Shown in pieces: positions 27,771-41,737 of a stretch of 64,000 bases of DNA. Below the pieces are notes generated by a model. That model searched no databases, was not told where the DNA came from, and saw nothing but the letters and a program-made list of their open reading frames with translations. How positions within the stretch are numbered: position 1 is the first letter of the stretch; every line of letters starts with the position of its first letter. The stretch is from Ranitomeya imitator. Lineage: Eukaryota. The translations under genes were made by a program, and so were the position numbers. The stretch lies in assembly GCF_032444005.1 (NCBI RefSeq), contig NC_091287.1, positions 509,702,001 to 509,766,000 on the forward strand, read 5' to 3'.

Positions 27771-28859
27771 TGTTCCATCTATACTATTCGATTCTGACAG
27801 TTGTGAATTTACTATTTTTAATCTACGTTGAACTTGCCATGCATAGAGGATGAGCCAACAAGTTTTTTTTTTTTTCTTTGCTATTCAGCTAGGCGAGAGA
27901 TCGCCTGTTAATACAATTAATTTTATCTAGATACCTTGATGTGGTAATGTAGTTAGCAAAGGAACAAATCAAAACATGCACAGGAGATGGATTCTCTAAG
28001 GCCTCCCTTAAACGTATTTTATATGTCTGTAATATGGATCCGCAACACGGATGTGTAATGAAGCAGAATGCATCAATATTTTAAACGATATTTGCATCAG
28101 TATTTTTTATTGCTATTTTTTTTTTTTTAGCAAAATGCAAATAGATGCTTCTGTATTTTAAACACTTCCAATAGGCTTTGATGGCCGTATTGATGTCCGT
28201 AAAGAATTACATGCTGCGCTTTTGGTTTACATGAGTACTGTATTTCAATCCGTATATAATGAATGACTAATATGTCTGTCTGAAACAGGCCAAGTAGTCA
28301 TGGGGCCAAAAAAAACACATGAAATATATACACATGTCGCAAGAGGCACTAGTTAGTAACGAAAGTAGATGACACATCCACATGGTTATATGTAAAGGCT
28401 CAATTAGAAACCCCAGATGACGGGCATGTCGCAATAAGCTTAATTGGGGCATTTTAACAGAAGTCTCAACTTTCCAGTTTATTCTGATACATTGATGGCC
28501 AGATCGTTCACATGAATGATCATCAACTGACTGACAATTATTAAGCCAGATTCTTGCAGGTCAGCCTTTGGCTTTTTGACAAAATCTAGATGTTACGCTG
28601 CACATTGGATGCAATAGACTAGTCCCAGAAACAAAGGTTCTTCTTAGTGAAGGGAGAGCCTCCAAATATATTGCCGGCTAAACTTCTGAATCTGAGAAGA
28701 AAGTATCAAACCAACAATTGCTCCCCAATACTAGTGTTAACAGAACAAAGTTGTTCCTACTAATGGATAAATCAGACTAGACTATTAAAACGGTTCTGTG
28801 GTGGGACCAATCAAGGCTTCAGGCTTATTGGAAAGTTTTCTATTTTTTTTTTTTTTTAA

Positions 28860-29382
28860 AGGAACTCTGTCACCTGAATTTGGCTGGCTATGTAAATGCC
28901 CTATGTCCGGTCTGATGGGCGGTGTTTCCTCTTCTTTCATTCACCCCTTCCTTTCCTGCTGGCTGCAATATTTTCTTGAATTTCAGTAGGTTTCCTCCGT
29001 AGTTCACGCTTGCGCAATGCAATCTTGCCTTGCGCACTCGCAGTATGCTTTGCCCAACTGCGGGCAAAGCCGAAAGGCAGTGCGGCAGCACATGCGCACT
29101 AATATGTCCCAGAACACAGCGAAATACTTTTGGGACATAGCGCGCTGGAGCATGCGCACTAATGCTTTTCGCCTTTGCACACAGTTGGGCAAAGCATACT
29201 GCGTGTGCGCAAGGCAAGATTGCATTGAGCACGTGTGAACTACGGAGTTAACCTACTGAAATTCAAGAAAATATTGCAGCCAGCGGGAAAGGAAGGGGTG
29301 AATGAAAGAAGAGGAAACACCGCCCATCGGACCGGACACAGGGCATTTATATAACCCGCCAAATTCAGGTGACAGAGTCCCT
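28860..29382. mobile_element. Kolobok/T2-type MITE
   Basis: TTAA TSDs; TIR AGG(A/G)ACTCTGTCACCTGAATTTGGC; fold-back interior. Confidence 0.9.
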
Positions 29383-29813
29383 TTAAGGAAGCTCTTGGCT
29401 TGCCTACTTTAGACCAATATGTAGGGCCAAAATAATGACATGTCATTAAAAAGATGTTAATGGTTTGGCAATTTTGTTTCATCATTGTATAGCTGTTACA
29501 CTGTCATGTAATCAGTTTGCCTTTGGAAGTTTGTCTCTTCTCTCCCTATATCCTAGCTCTGGTGCAAGTAATCCCTCCTATCTTCCCCAGTTGGTGTTTG
29601 CCAGCCATCTTTCCAGGTTCACCTCTGTTTCACAATGGTCTTTTCATCTGCTGAAGCTCCTGCTGTTAATATTGTGCATAAGACAAGAATTCAGCCTGAC
29701 AATAAACCTCTTCTGAATCTTCATACATGCCTCTGCAGCAGAGTTAAGCCATCTGACAAAGTTCTTGGTAGGAGTACTGGTTCAATATAGACATCCACAG
29801 AAACGCTGCCTAA

Positions 29814-30812
29814 GGCCAGTCTCACACGTCCAGATAATTCCGGTACCGGAAAAAAACAAAAAAAAAACAAAAACAAATTCGGTATCGGAATTGTCCGTGT
29901 GCTGGTACGTTTCTGTGGCACATCAGTGTGGCACACGTGTGCCACCCATGTGCCCACTGGGTACCACACGCACTGTGCAGGAGACAGCGCTAAAGTTTAG
30001 CGCTGTCCCCTGCATCTGGTGCTGAAGCCGCGATTCATATCTTCCCTGCAGCAGCGTTTGCTGTAGAGAAGATATGAATAATCATGTTTAAAATAAATAT
30101 CCATGTGCCCACCCCCCCTCCCACCCCCTGTGTGCCTCCCCCCCCCCTCCCCGATACTCACCCGGCTCCCTCGCTGGCCGGTGCTGCTTCCTGTCCTGAC
30201 CGCACCTTCTACTGTATGAACGGTCATGTGGGGCCGCTCATTTACAGTAATGAATATGCGGCTCCACCCCTATGAGAGGTGGAGCCGCATATTCATGATT
30301 GTAATGGGCGGCCCCACGTGACCGCTCATACAGTAGAAAGTGCGGCCAGGACAGGAAGCAGCGCCAGCCAGCGAGGGAGCCGGGTCAGTATTTTAATAAC
30401 AGCGGGGGGGCGCACAGATATTTATTTTAAACACGATTATTCATATCTTCTCTACAGCAAACGCTGCTGCAGGGAATATATGAATCGCAGCTTCAGCACC
30501 AGTGGGGGGGGGGGGGGGGGGGGGGGGACAGCGCTTACTGTAGCGCTGTCTCCTGCACGGCACACGGACAACGTCCGTGTGCGGTACGTGTTTTACACGG
30601 ACACATTGACTTTAATGGGTCCGTGTAATCCGTGCGCTCCCACGAACACTGACATATCTCCGTGTTTGGCACACGGTCCGCAAAAAAAAAAAAAAAATCA
30701 ATGACATCTGCACAGATGCATTGATTTCACTGTGTCTACGTGTGTCAGTGGCTTCGGTACGTGAGGAAACTGTCACCTCACGTACCGGAGCCACTGACAT
30801 GTGAAACCGGCC
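29814..30812. mobile_element. Harbinger-type MITE (999 bp) with internal inverted repeats
   Basis: GGCCAGTCTCACACGTC ... GACATGTGAAACCGGCC; TAA TSD at both ends. Confidence 0.85.
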
Positions 30813-33800
30813 TAAAGAGGCTCACACTCACAGCCTAGCTATGGAGTCAGAATAACAGATAACGTAAAAAGATGCGCACTTTGGCAAATGCATCAATTAA
30901 AATCTACTATTCTCCAGATACTTCTTCATGCAGGGCCCCTTCACTCTGTGTGGACACACAGGATCCAAGAAGCACACATGCTCTTGTAGGCACAGTAACT
31001 CAGTCCATTGTCTTCTCGGATTTCCTTTTTTATAGGATAGCTCCCAGGCATCTGCAGAAGTCCTATAACTAGTCTGGTCTAAAGTGACAACGTACAGGTA
31101 CAGTAGCATCGGGAACCTGCAAGTGTAAGCCAGATGACCTGTGGATTCACAGCACTGCTAGAGATTGACATGGTGAGCCTACTTTACAGAAATCAGAATA
31201 AATGGAACTTGGAGGCCAGAAAAGAAGCCAGAGAAGACAAATTATGTCCTGAAAATTTGAGTTGAGCAGACAACGGTTTCTTGTATTAAGTATGTTGGCT
31301 GACCTTGGAGGGGTATGAACTTTTACTAAATATGGTACATTTTAGGACCCATCAAAAGCCAAATCCCCATTTCAAAATAGTCAAGCAAAACAATTTAGCC
31401 AAATATTATGGCACAGTTACCTTTGTGAATATTCCTTTAGTGCCCAAGGGATGAAAACATTTATAAAAGATGCAACCTACCAGCTGAGACCACAAGTCAG
31501 GTCTGCTCCACCTCCCCCCCCCAAAAAAAAAAAGTCTCAGACATTATTTAAAGCATTGTGCTCATGCCAGCAAAATCTGCAAACTAATGGTTTTACTTCA
31601 ACGTCAAACCCCAAAGAGTCTATTGATGCTACATACACATCATAAGACATTACTAAATCTTACACAGCTCCATTATTAATACTGTAAATCATTGTTCCGT
31701 CACGACTTGGAACTAGCAGACCTAATGCATTAGCCTAAAAACCAGGAAGGCTCAAGGTAGAGCCAGAAAGGAGGCTTAAAAGCTGCTTGTACCACTTTAA
31801 TGAGAAAAGAACAAAGAATTCCCATACAGCCGAGATGTTGAGACATTTCCATACAGTCCAAGGAAACAAAATGAGAATTGTCGTGATGATATTTTAATTG
31901 AGGAGATGCCTAGCTCCATCTAAGATGTAAGAAAGCCAAGTCTTTTCAGGCTTTTCGAAAGACAAAAAGGTTTATTGTCACTTATGCAAGAACCCGCAAA
32001 GGACACATACGTTGCTTTGTTCGAAAAGTCTTCAATTTGCTCGCTTTGGTGACTTCAGAAAGATGCGTTTATGGTTAATGGCTATGAAATTTGAAGGAAC
32101 GCCGTTACATTAACTCCTCACATTAAAGAAATGATTCGAAGTTCCATACATTTAAAGTTACATGAATTCAATCTGTAGTAAGAAGAGGTTAACTGATTGA
32201 GCCAAGTCAATCCTAGGAAATAAGAATGGTTTGTGAGTATTATCAATGTGGCTACCTGGGTGTCTTGGACTACAAAAGATCTTGAAATAAAAGTTTGGGA
32301 AGTGGAGTGTGGGGGGAGGGGTGGGGTGAGGAGAAGGTTGGGTGCCACTTACATTACGTGCAACGTCTACTTGGACTAGACCTCAGGACCACCTTTGGTG
32401 AATCCAATGAACCTATGAGATCGGTACATGTAGTAATATATACAAAGTGGAAGTAAGATTCCTTATACAAGAGCAGAGCCATGTCAACTTGTAATTCAGC
32501 ACATTCCCCCATACAGCAGGAACAATGGAGTTGCACAAATGATGGTCTCTATTCGGTAAATGGCTCAGAAGATCTAAGGTTTTCATTTCCTCTACCATTG
32601 TCATATCACAGTATTTGACTCGTCAAACTCATGAAACCAAAATTTACTTATAATAAATTTGAAGGGGTTTTCTCTAAGTGGGAGAAAAGTAGGAAATGAT
32701 TTAAAAAAAAAAAAAAGCCTCAGGCTTGATTCGTATGAAGTAAATTATCTCTGCTAATCTTTATGTTGGGGATTAAACACACCTACACACTACATGAGAG
32801 AGTCTGCCAAAGCTGAAGATTCGGTCTGGAACAGATGACCATGTGATGCACATTGAAGCCTCCCAACTTTCCCGGCAGTCACAGATGAGGATCGGGCAGG
32901 TTGACACTGCAATGCCCAATCTTAACATTTGAAAGGAAGCAGCTCTATCTTCTCTGCCCATTGAAAAGCCAGATTGTCAAGCCAACCTTGCCCTATTCGA
33001 AAGGGAATTCACAAATCAAAAAGTCTACTATGAGAGGGGAGAGTCTAAATATTGTTTTGGGATATTAAGACAAACTCCTGATCTAAATTCTAGTGGGGAG
33101 CATTTCCATATCTATTCTCTCTCCTTCCTCTCTGGTGTGCCCACCTGTTCTAAAAGATTACATTGAGTCTATCAGACTTGTGAACACTGAATAATCTTCA
33201 TCACTGCAGGACAAACAGGGACTACCAGAGTGGGGAGCATTACTTATGACCCCTTTACTTTTCCATAGTAAAGGGGGGTCATAAGTAATGCTTATTTTTT
33301 CATAACATTTCCTAATCTTTACTTAAGAAAAAAAAAATTATATATATATTAGTTCACTCTGGCATACAAATATTCGCTCATCATGGGTTTCCCCTACTAG
33401 ACAAATGAGGGTTGAACATAAGGAAGAGCTTAGCTTTACAGATGGCTGTATGATTTGACCTCCAGAAATCCCCCAAAACTACAATTTAAAATTAAAAAAA
33501 AAAAAAAGGGGGGGGGGTCTCAATAGAGTAGGTCTATGACCAATGTAGAAATGGCAACAGTCCTCTTTGTCTATTCCTAGTATTACAGTATTTGTTACTG
33601 AAGCCCCTTGGAGGCACTACACTGGAAAAGCGCAAAATGCAAGGTCAATCTGCAACCACAAATATTAAGTCCATCTAGATCATTGTAATGCATCATCATA
33701 AGTGTTGACATCTTAGCAGACACCATTTCTCATGCAAGTCTACCAGATTATTACAAACAGATGAATATTCACCAATTATTTCATAACTGCAAAAAGACAT

Positions 33801-34977
33801 TTCTCCAGTATTGTGCTAAGTAATGTGTAAAGCTCATGGCGTGTAGAGCCCACGTAGAGTGTTCATCTGAACATCAGAGGGAACTGAAGCTGGCAGCAGA
33901 GGCTTCGGTCATTGAGATTAATGATCCCCTTGCCATCAACAGTATTCCCAGCAGCAGACTCGTGTAGAGTTTGTCAGGAACGCCACACGAACTTGCTGCT
34001 TCTCTAAGGCAGGAACACTTCTTTTGTAGGAGATTAACAATGGCCACCCAAGCAGATAAAATATTTGCCATCTATACTCAGACACATGCCACCGTCACCT
34101 TTCAATGGAGAACATGTTCCAAACTTCGATCATCCCCATACTGGCTCCAGAAATTACACCTATGATACAAAACACTTAAATGAGGATGCAAGGAGCCAAT
34201 TCCTTGACATTGTCCTACCTCGCTCACGATTATGGACAGCATTTAAATATTACTTTGTAGATTTTCACTTTTCTTTACTGCCTCTATCTGAACAGCCTGC
34301 CAGAGAAACTCAACTAAAGAACAAGCTTTCATCGAGATCTATTTATTTAATTTAGCAGGTGATTACAGAAACCTTCATGGGGAAAAAGCAATATTTCGCT
34401 GGAAAGGGGAACAACACGATAGTGATCTAAGAGTGACTGCCTAGACCGTAGTCCAATAGAGTCTACAGTTACCAACTGGGACCTCCACTCTCTCAAAAAC
34501 CACATCAACGCATTACTTGATCATGTTACTTCTATGAATTTCAGGTTTTGGATCATTTTTTTTCCCCAGATCGAGATTTTCTGTGAGTTTTTACGCTAAA
34601 GCCAAAAGCTTCATCACAAGTTCTAAGAATGTGTGGTGGACTAGAAGGGGAAATGTTTCATAGAATCCTGCAAGCTTTAGTATACAGTTTGCACAAAGAA
34701 ATGCAACGAAAAAAAAAAAAAAAAAAAGATACATAACCATCAACGTCAAAGAAAAGCCTTAGTGACTCTACAGCAGATTTTGCCAAATAGAACCCCTACA
34801 AGGACAGTGTCACAGATTCCTTACATCTCATTTTATCTAGATAATTGTAGCTGCTACAACCAAGGAGGTTTGATTGATTGGCAAGTCAACAGATCTGATT
34901 ATTGCTCAGCATAACTAAACAGGTGCATCGTTAGTCAATCCACCCGCCATGCCGTGTTCTGCAACCAACACCTACAG

Positions 34978-35129
34978 CAGTGTTCCCCAACTTCGGTCCT
35001 TAAGAGCCAACAACAGGTCATGTTTTCTGTATGTCCTTAGTATTGCACAGGTTATAGTTGCATCACCTGTGCAATACTAAGGAAATCCTGAAAACATGAC
35101 CTGTTGAGGACCAGAGTTGGGGACCACTG
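34978..35129. mobile_element. Short hAT MITE
   Basis: CAGTGTTCCCCAACT / AGTTGGGGACCACTG termini; 8-bp flanks ACCTACAG / ATTTACAG. Confidence 0.8.
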
Positions 35130-35201
35130 ATTTACAGCATGGCATCAATCAGATGCTGGTAGAAGTACAACCTCCAAAATCCCATTCTTAAATATAAGGA
35201 C

Positions 35202-35441
35202 TAGTGATGAGCAAAGGTGCTGGTATAAGGTACTATCCGAGCATGCTCTGGTGCTAAGCAAGTGACTTTGGCATGCTCGAAATATATGTTCGAGTCCCTG
35301 CGGCTCCATGTCTTGCGGGCGTTCGACAGCCACAAAACATACAGCTGCGGGGACTCGAGCTTATTTTTCAAGCATACCAAAGTCATTCGGTTAGCACCCA
35401 AGCATGCTCTGACAACACCCTATCTGAGCAAGTTCACTCTA
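35202..35441. mobile_element. TAGTGATGAGCG-family hAT-like MITE
   Basis: Similar to the copies at 59577-60110. Confidence 0.6.
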
Positions 35442-36093
35442 GTAATGACGCCTGGTCAGTGGTCACTGTTTCAAGAAGAAGAGGAGGAGGAGGTGTCTAC
35501 CACGGTTTATGTGGTCTAATGGATTTCTCCATTGGATCTTCATGAGCAGCACAGAGGAACCACATAGCCTTTGTAAATATGTGAGCACCTCTTCTCCAGA
35601 AATGGAGGAGGACTCAACAGGGATCCTAGTGGTCACCCTAAAAATAGGATACTGGAACCAATTCTTTACAGATAAAGACAATGGTAGGATATTACTGTGA
35701 TATGCAAGTACACCCCACACAAAACCGCCTGCAGGCAATAGGTACTTTTAGAGTTACACATCAGTGACCTTCCCAGAGATCTAGACTGGAGAGGTTTGTA
35801 GCCCCTACAGGAGGATATAGTTTCACGATACAAGTGGAGCTACAAAAACATCCCTCAAAAACACTTGGGTGCATGAAATAAAAACTAGGTTCTCCATACT
35901 CATAACAGTAAAAATTAAAGGCGACATAATTTATGGAGATGAAGCCAGATTATCTGCGTTATTAGATGGGACTGCAAGAGCCTCCTACATACAGTATCAC
36001 TTGTTGCTCCATAGAATCTGACAATTCCAGCACTGCTACATTCATATGGTGCAGATATTGGGGTCATCACTTAAAAGGCGACAAGCACTTTAA

Positions 36094-36466
36094 GGCCAAG
36101 TTCACACTGGGCGTTTTTATGCTAATTTTCAGCTGCGTTTTAAAGCACCAGCAAATCCTATGAGATTTCAGAAATCTCCAACACATTTTGTCATCAACAT
36201 TTTGTGCTTTGCATGGTTTTTTTGGACATTTTTCACTGAAAGAAGTGATATACTCTTTCACTTGAATGGGTGGTGAAAAAAAATGCAGGTATCAGATTTT
36301 GATGAGTTTTTTTTTTTTTTTTGCCAAAACGTTATTTTATAGAATAGGACATTCCCCCCCAACACTAAACTTCATCAGCATGCACAAGAGAAATCTAGCA
36401 TGCTAAAATCACAGCAAAAAATGCTTAAAAAAAAAAAAAAAAAAAAAAGTTAGTGTGAACTTGCCC
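36094..36466. mobile_element. Degenerate Harbinger-type MITE
   Basis: TAA-GGCCAAGTTCACACT ... AGTGTGAACTTGCCC-TTA. Confidence 0.7.
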
Positions 36467-36469
36467 TTA

Positions 36470-36861
36470 GGCTACGTTCCCACAATGAGCTTTTGATGTT
36501 GCAGATTTTCTGCACCCATTAAGTAAAAGTGGTTACGTACATTTTTCTCTTTTTCAAAAAAAAAAAAAAAAAAAAAAAAATCTCATTGCGGCAATGTAGC
36601 CTTATTCCCCATGGGGAAATAACCTGGAGAAGACGGCTTAATAGAAAATAAAGGGTTCAAGAAGATATGAATAATCCTCAGTAGGAAAAGTCATAGGGCA
36701 GATGACACAAAACATAGAAGTATTACATGCCATTTTACAGGGAATAATCTTGCATAAAAATTTTTTAAAGAAGGTTGTCCACTTTTGCATGAATTTTAAC
36801 GTAATGGATGCAGAATATCTGCAACAGAAACTCGTGAAAAGTTTGTTGTGGGAACGCATCC
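36470..36861. mobile_element. Degenerate Harbinger-type MITE abutting the previous one
   Basis: TTA-GGCTACGTTCCCACAA ... TTGTGGGAACGCATCC. Confidence 0.7.
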
Positions 36862-36905
36862 GAATAGGGTTTCGGTAAAAATATTGCACCGTTTGCCTTG
36901 TAAAG

Positions 36906-36907
<2 letters not shown>

Positions 36908-36981
<74 letters not shown>
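36908..36981. repeat. (TA)n microsatellite
   Basis: ~37 TA units. Confidence 0.98.
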
Positions 36982-36983
<2 letters not shown>

Positions 36984-37170
36984 TTGCCGAAAACTCAATG
37001 TGGGAAGTTAGCGTACAGTGTATAATACTGGCTGCAGAATGCGAGTTCACACTGAGAATCCAAAAGGGAGAGTTCCTGACACTTTTCTCTGAGCTCCTCA
37101 CAGCTGATTTAGGACCACAAAACACACTGAAGTTAAATGCACAGGAAACAAAGCTAAATGGTGAAGAAGG

Positions 37171-37211
<41 letters not shown>

Positions 37212-38122
37212 GTGGTGGCACTAAAGTGTAAAAATGATTATTAGCCTTAAATATATACACATTTAAGCAAAAAAGAAAATAACAATAATAATGGACTGTT
37301 CCCAGAGGTGGACAATGCTATTAAGGCTCCTATCCATCACCACCTGAATAAAGCTCTTGGGTGTCAATGTGACCATGATAAGAAATCCCAGCCGTGATAC
37401 AAGTGCATTCCCACTAGATCCTAGGTTGTTACATGGCAATACTCCACCTATTGTCCCCACTGAGAAATGCACTCTCCTCCTAGGATAGATCCGCCAGTTT
37501 ACAGGCAGCAGCATCTCACACTGAGCCAGATGTGGGCAATTAGCAGCTCAGCTCTGCTACATCTCATAGTAAGAGCAGCCTGAGCTTTCCATGGTAGGAG
37601 CAGAAGTGCAGCCATGGAATTAGCACTACAGGGGGCTGTATGGGGGGGACCCCATATCCTCGCAGCCAGACCCCAAAACCATAAGTGTCACCCCAACACT
37701 GACCTCTTTTGCTCCTCTTCCAGCGGTTGGGTTGGCAGTGGCTGTAATCCACACAGTTCAGGATGATGAGAGCAAATGAAAAGAGTCTGAACTGCATTTG
37801 TGCAGGTGATCAGAGCAAATAATGGAAGAATGTCAATGGGACTGTCCTGGGGGGGCAGAGATTACACACTGAGGAGGGTGAACAGGGTCCAATCACTCAT
37901 CCAAACTTCCATCTCTGGGGTAAATCAGTGCAACCTGGAAGGACAAAAAGAAGAATTGACCTTTCCACCACTTGCACTCCCATTATCCCACCCTCAGCCA
38001 ATTAAGCACTTGGGACAAATGTCTTTATAGCGCTAATCTGCCTAATTAGGGAGGGGGGAGTCATTAAAGGGTCCCAGGGAAAGTCATCCACCTGCGACAC
38101 TTCCTCCAAAGGCTGGACTCAC

Positions 38123-38379
38123 CTTGTAGTCGGGGACCTGAGGGTCACATCAGTGGGTGGCACATGGGGTGCTGAAAGTTTGGAGACCAGCTGAGGTCCA
38201 GAGGTTGGGATCCTAGTTGGAGGTGCAACAATTTGGGATCCTGACAATTTCCATCCAAAGAGGGAGCAGTGGCTGGTGGACAGTGAGGTCTTGTGTGACT
38301 TGTGGTGATCTGCAGGCAGCTCTGATGCTCCAGTAATGTATGAAGTCCTCTGGTCCTCCGCAAACAGCATCCAGGAGTC
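38123..38379 (-). CDS. Candidate coding exon of an unidentified host gene (MLFAEDQRTSYITG...DVTLRSPTT)
   Basis: Non-repetitive; acceptor GCTTTATTTAG and strong donor AAG/GTGAGT; one of three frames is open across all 257 nt; no recognisable domain. Confidence 0.3.
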
Positions 38380-40305
38380 CTAAATAAAGCAATGCCCGGC
38401 ACAGTGATCCTCCCCCTGCTCCTGCTCCCTCCCCTGCCTGAGCCAGCACAGTGTGCACAGCCTGCACCTACACAACTCCCGGCAGCTGCTCCGGGCTCAC
38501 CACTTTAACCCTCTAATGCCCACACTGGCACCGAGTCTAGGAGATCGGAACAGGAGCCACTCCACCCTTCACCTTGTAGTACCACAGCTTTCAGCACACC
38601 CTGCCTGTGAGCAGCCCATCTGTCCTATCATTAAATGACTGCATGTGTTAACCCTAGGAACCCCTTGCATTGCGCACTGACCTCCATAGTGTGCAGCAGA
38701 CTGAATAGTCCAGCGTTCCCTGCATCAATCTGTCTGTCCTCATAGTACTGTCCGCTCATCATATGTCACCATTTCTGATAGTACTGTCCGCTCATCATAT
38801 GTCACCATTTCTGATAGTACTGTCCGCTCATCATATGTCACCATTTCTGATTGTACTGTCCGCTCATCATATGTCACCATTTCTGATAGTACTGTACGCT
38901 CATCATATGTCACCATTTCTGATAGTACTGTACGCTCATCATATGTCACCATTTCTGATAGTACTGTCCGCTCATCATATGTCACCATTTCTGATTGTAC
39001 TGTCCGCTCATCATATGTCACCATTTCTGATAGTACTGTCCGCTCATCATATGTCACCATTTCTGATAGTACTGTACGCTCATCATATGTCACCATTTCT
39101 GATAGTACTGTACACTCATCATATGTCACCATTTCTGATAGTACTGTACACTCATCATATGTCACCATTTCTGATAGTACTGTCCGCTCATCATATGTCA
39201 CCATTTCTGATAGTACTGTCCGCTCATCATATGTCACCATTTCTGATAGTACTGTACACTCATCATGTGTCACCATTTCTGATAGTACTGTACGCTCATC
39301 ATATGTCACCATTTCTGATAGTACTGTCCGCTCATCATATGTCACCATTTCTGATAGTGCTGTCCGCTCATCATATGTCACCATTTCTGATAGTACTGTA
39401 CACTCATCATATGTCACCATTTCTGATAGTACTGTCCGCTCATCATATGTCACCATTTCTGATAGTACTGTCCGCTCATCATATGTCACCATTTCTGATA
39501 GTACTGTCCGCTCATCATATGTCACCATTTCTGATAGTACTGTCTGCTCACCATAGGTCACCATTTCTGATAGTACTGTCCGCTCACCATAGGTCATCAT
39601 TTCTGATTGTGCTGTCTGCTCATCATATGTCACCATTTCTGATAGTACTGTACACTCATCATATGTCACCATTTCTGATTGTACTGTCTGCTCATCATAT
39701 GTCACCATTTCTGATTGTACTGTCTGCTCATCATATGTCACCATTTCTGATAGTGCTGTCTGCTCATCATATGTCACCATTTCTGATAGTGCTGTCTGCT
39801 CATCATATGTCACCATTTCTGATTGAACTGTCTGCTCATCATATGTCACCATTTCTGATTGTACTGTCTGCTCATCATATGTCACCATTTCTGATTGTAC
39901 TGTCTGCTCATCATATGTCACCATTTCTGATTGTACTGTCTGCTCATCATATGTCACCATTTCTGATTGTACTGTCTGCTCATATGCCACCAATTCTGAT
40001 AGTACTGTCCGCTCACCATAGGTCACCATTTCTGATAGTACTGTCCGCTCATCATATGTCACCATTTCTGATTGTACTGTCCGCTCACCATAGGTCACCA
40101 TTTCTGATAGTACTGTCCGCTCATCATATGTCACCATTTCTGATAGTGCTGTCCGCTCACCATATGCCACCATTTCTGATAGTACTGTCCGCTCACCATA
40201 GGTCACCATTTCTGACAGTACTGTCTGCTCATCATATGTCACCATTTCTGATAGTACTGTATGCTCATCATATGTCACCATTTCTGATAGTGCTGTCCGC
40301 TCACC

Positions 40306-40599
40306 ATTATTATTATTATTATTTATTTATTTATATAGCACCATTGATTCCATGGTGCTGTACATGAGAAGGGGTTACATACAAGTTACAAATATCACAT
40401 ACAGTAAACAAACTAACAATGACGGACTGATACAGAGGGGCGAGGACCCTGCCCTTGCGGGCTTACATTCTACAGGATTATGGGGAAGGAGACAGTAGGT
40501 TGAGGGTTGCAGGAGCTCCGGTGTTGGTGAGGCGGTAGCTCCGGTGTTGGTGAGGCGGTAGCTCCGGTGTTGGTGAGGTGGTAGCTCCGGTGTTGGTGA
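40306..40599 (-). mobile_element. L2 LINE 3' end, copy 1, in the satellite
   Basis: (TAA)n/(TAAA)n tail plus TGTACAGCACCATGGAATCAATGGTGCTATA stem; shares GAGGACCCTGCCC with the L2 at 54472. Confidence 0.85.
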
Positions 40600-41443
40600 C
40601 CACCATTTTCTGCTCATCATATGTCACCATTTCTGATAGTACTGTCCGCTCATCATATGTCACCATTTCTGATAGTACTGTCCGCTCATCATATGTCACC
40701 ATTTCTGATAGTACTGTCTGCTCACCATAGGTCACCATTTCTGATAGTACTGTCCGCTCACCATAGGTCATCATTTCTGATTGTGCTGTCTGCTCATCAT
40801 ATGTCACCATTTCTGATAGTACTGTACACTCATCATATGTCACCATTTCTGATTGTACTGTCTGCTCATCATATGTCACCATTTCTGATTGAACTGTCTG
40901 CTCATCATATGTCACCATTTCTGATTGTACTGTCTGCTCATCATATGTCACCATTTCTGATAGTGCTGTCTGCTCATCATATGTCACCATTTCTGATTGA
41001 ACTGTCTGCTCATCATATGTCACCATTTCTGATTGTACTGTCTGCTCATCATATGTCACCATTTCTGATTGTACTGTCTGCTCATCATATGTCACCATTT
41101 CTGATTGTACTGTCTGCTCATATGCCACCAATTCTGATAGTACTGTCCGCTCACCATAGGTCACCATTTCTGATAGTACTGTCCGCTCATCATATGTCAC
41201 CATTTCTGATTGTACTGTCCGCTCACCATAGGTCACCATTTCTGATAGTACTGTCCGCTCATCATATGTCACCATTTCTGATAGTGCTGTCCGCTCACCA
41301 TATGCCACCATTTCTGATAGTACTGTCCGCTCACCATAGGTCACCATTTCTGACAGTACTGTCTGCTCATCATATGTCACCATTTCTGATAGTACTGTAT
41401 GCTCATCATATGTCACCATTTCTGATAGTGCTGTCCGCTCACC

Positions 41444-41737
41444 ATTATTATTATTATTATTTATTTATTTATATAGCACCATTGATTCCATGGTGCTGTA
41501 CATGAGAAGGGGTTACATACAAGTTACAAATATCACATACAGTAAACAAACTAACAATGACGGACTGATACAGAGGGGCGAGGACCCTGCCCTTGCGGGC
41601 TTACATTCTACAGGATTATGGGGAAGGAGACAGTAGGTTGAGGGTTGCAGGAGCTCCGGTGTTGGTGAGGCGGTAGCTCCGGTGTTGGTGAGGCGGTAGC
41701 TCCGGTGTTGGTGAGGTGGTAGCTCCGGTGTTGGTGA
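41444..41737 (-). mobile_element. L2 3' end, copy 2
   Basis: Same sequence as copy 1, 1138 bp downstream. Confidence 0.85.

Noticed and set aside
33236-33292. 57-nt pre-miRNA-sized hairpin
   Set aside because: It sits within a degenerate TAGTGATGAGCG-family MITE (~33091-33385) and has no recognisable mature miRNA
33840-34360. Short ORFs at 33874-34355 and 61844-62068 as host exons
   Set aside because: No recognisable domain and no convincing paired splice sites
40513-40599. CRISPR-like short repeats (23-bp and 36-bp units)
   Set aside because: They are head-to-tail tandem repeats without unique spacers, in a eukaryotic context with no cas genes
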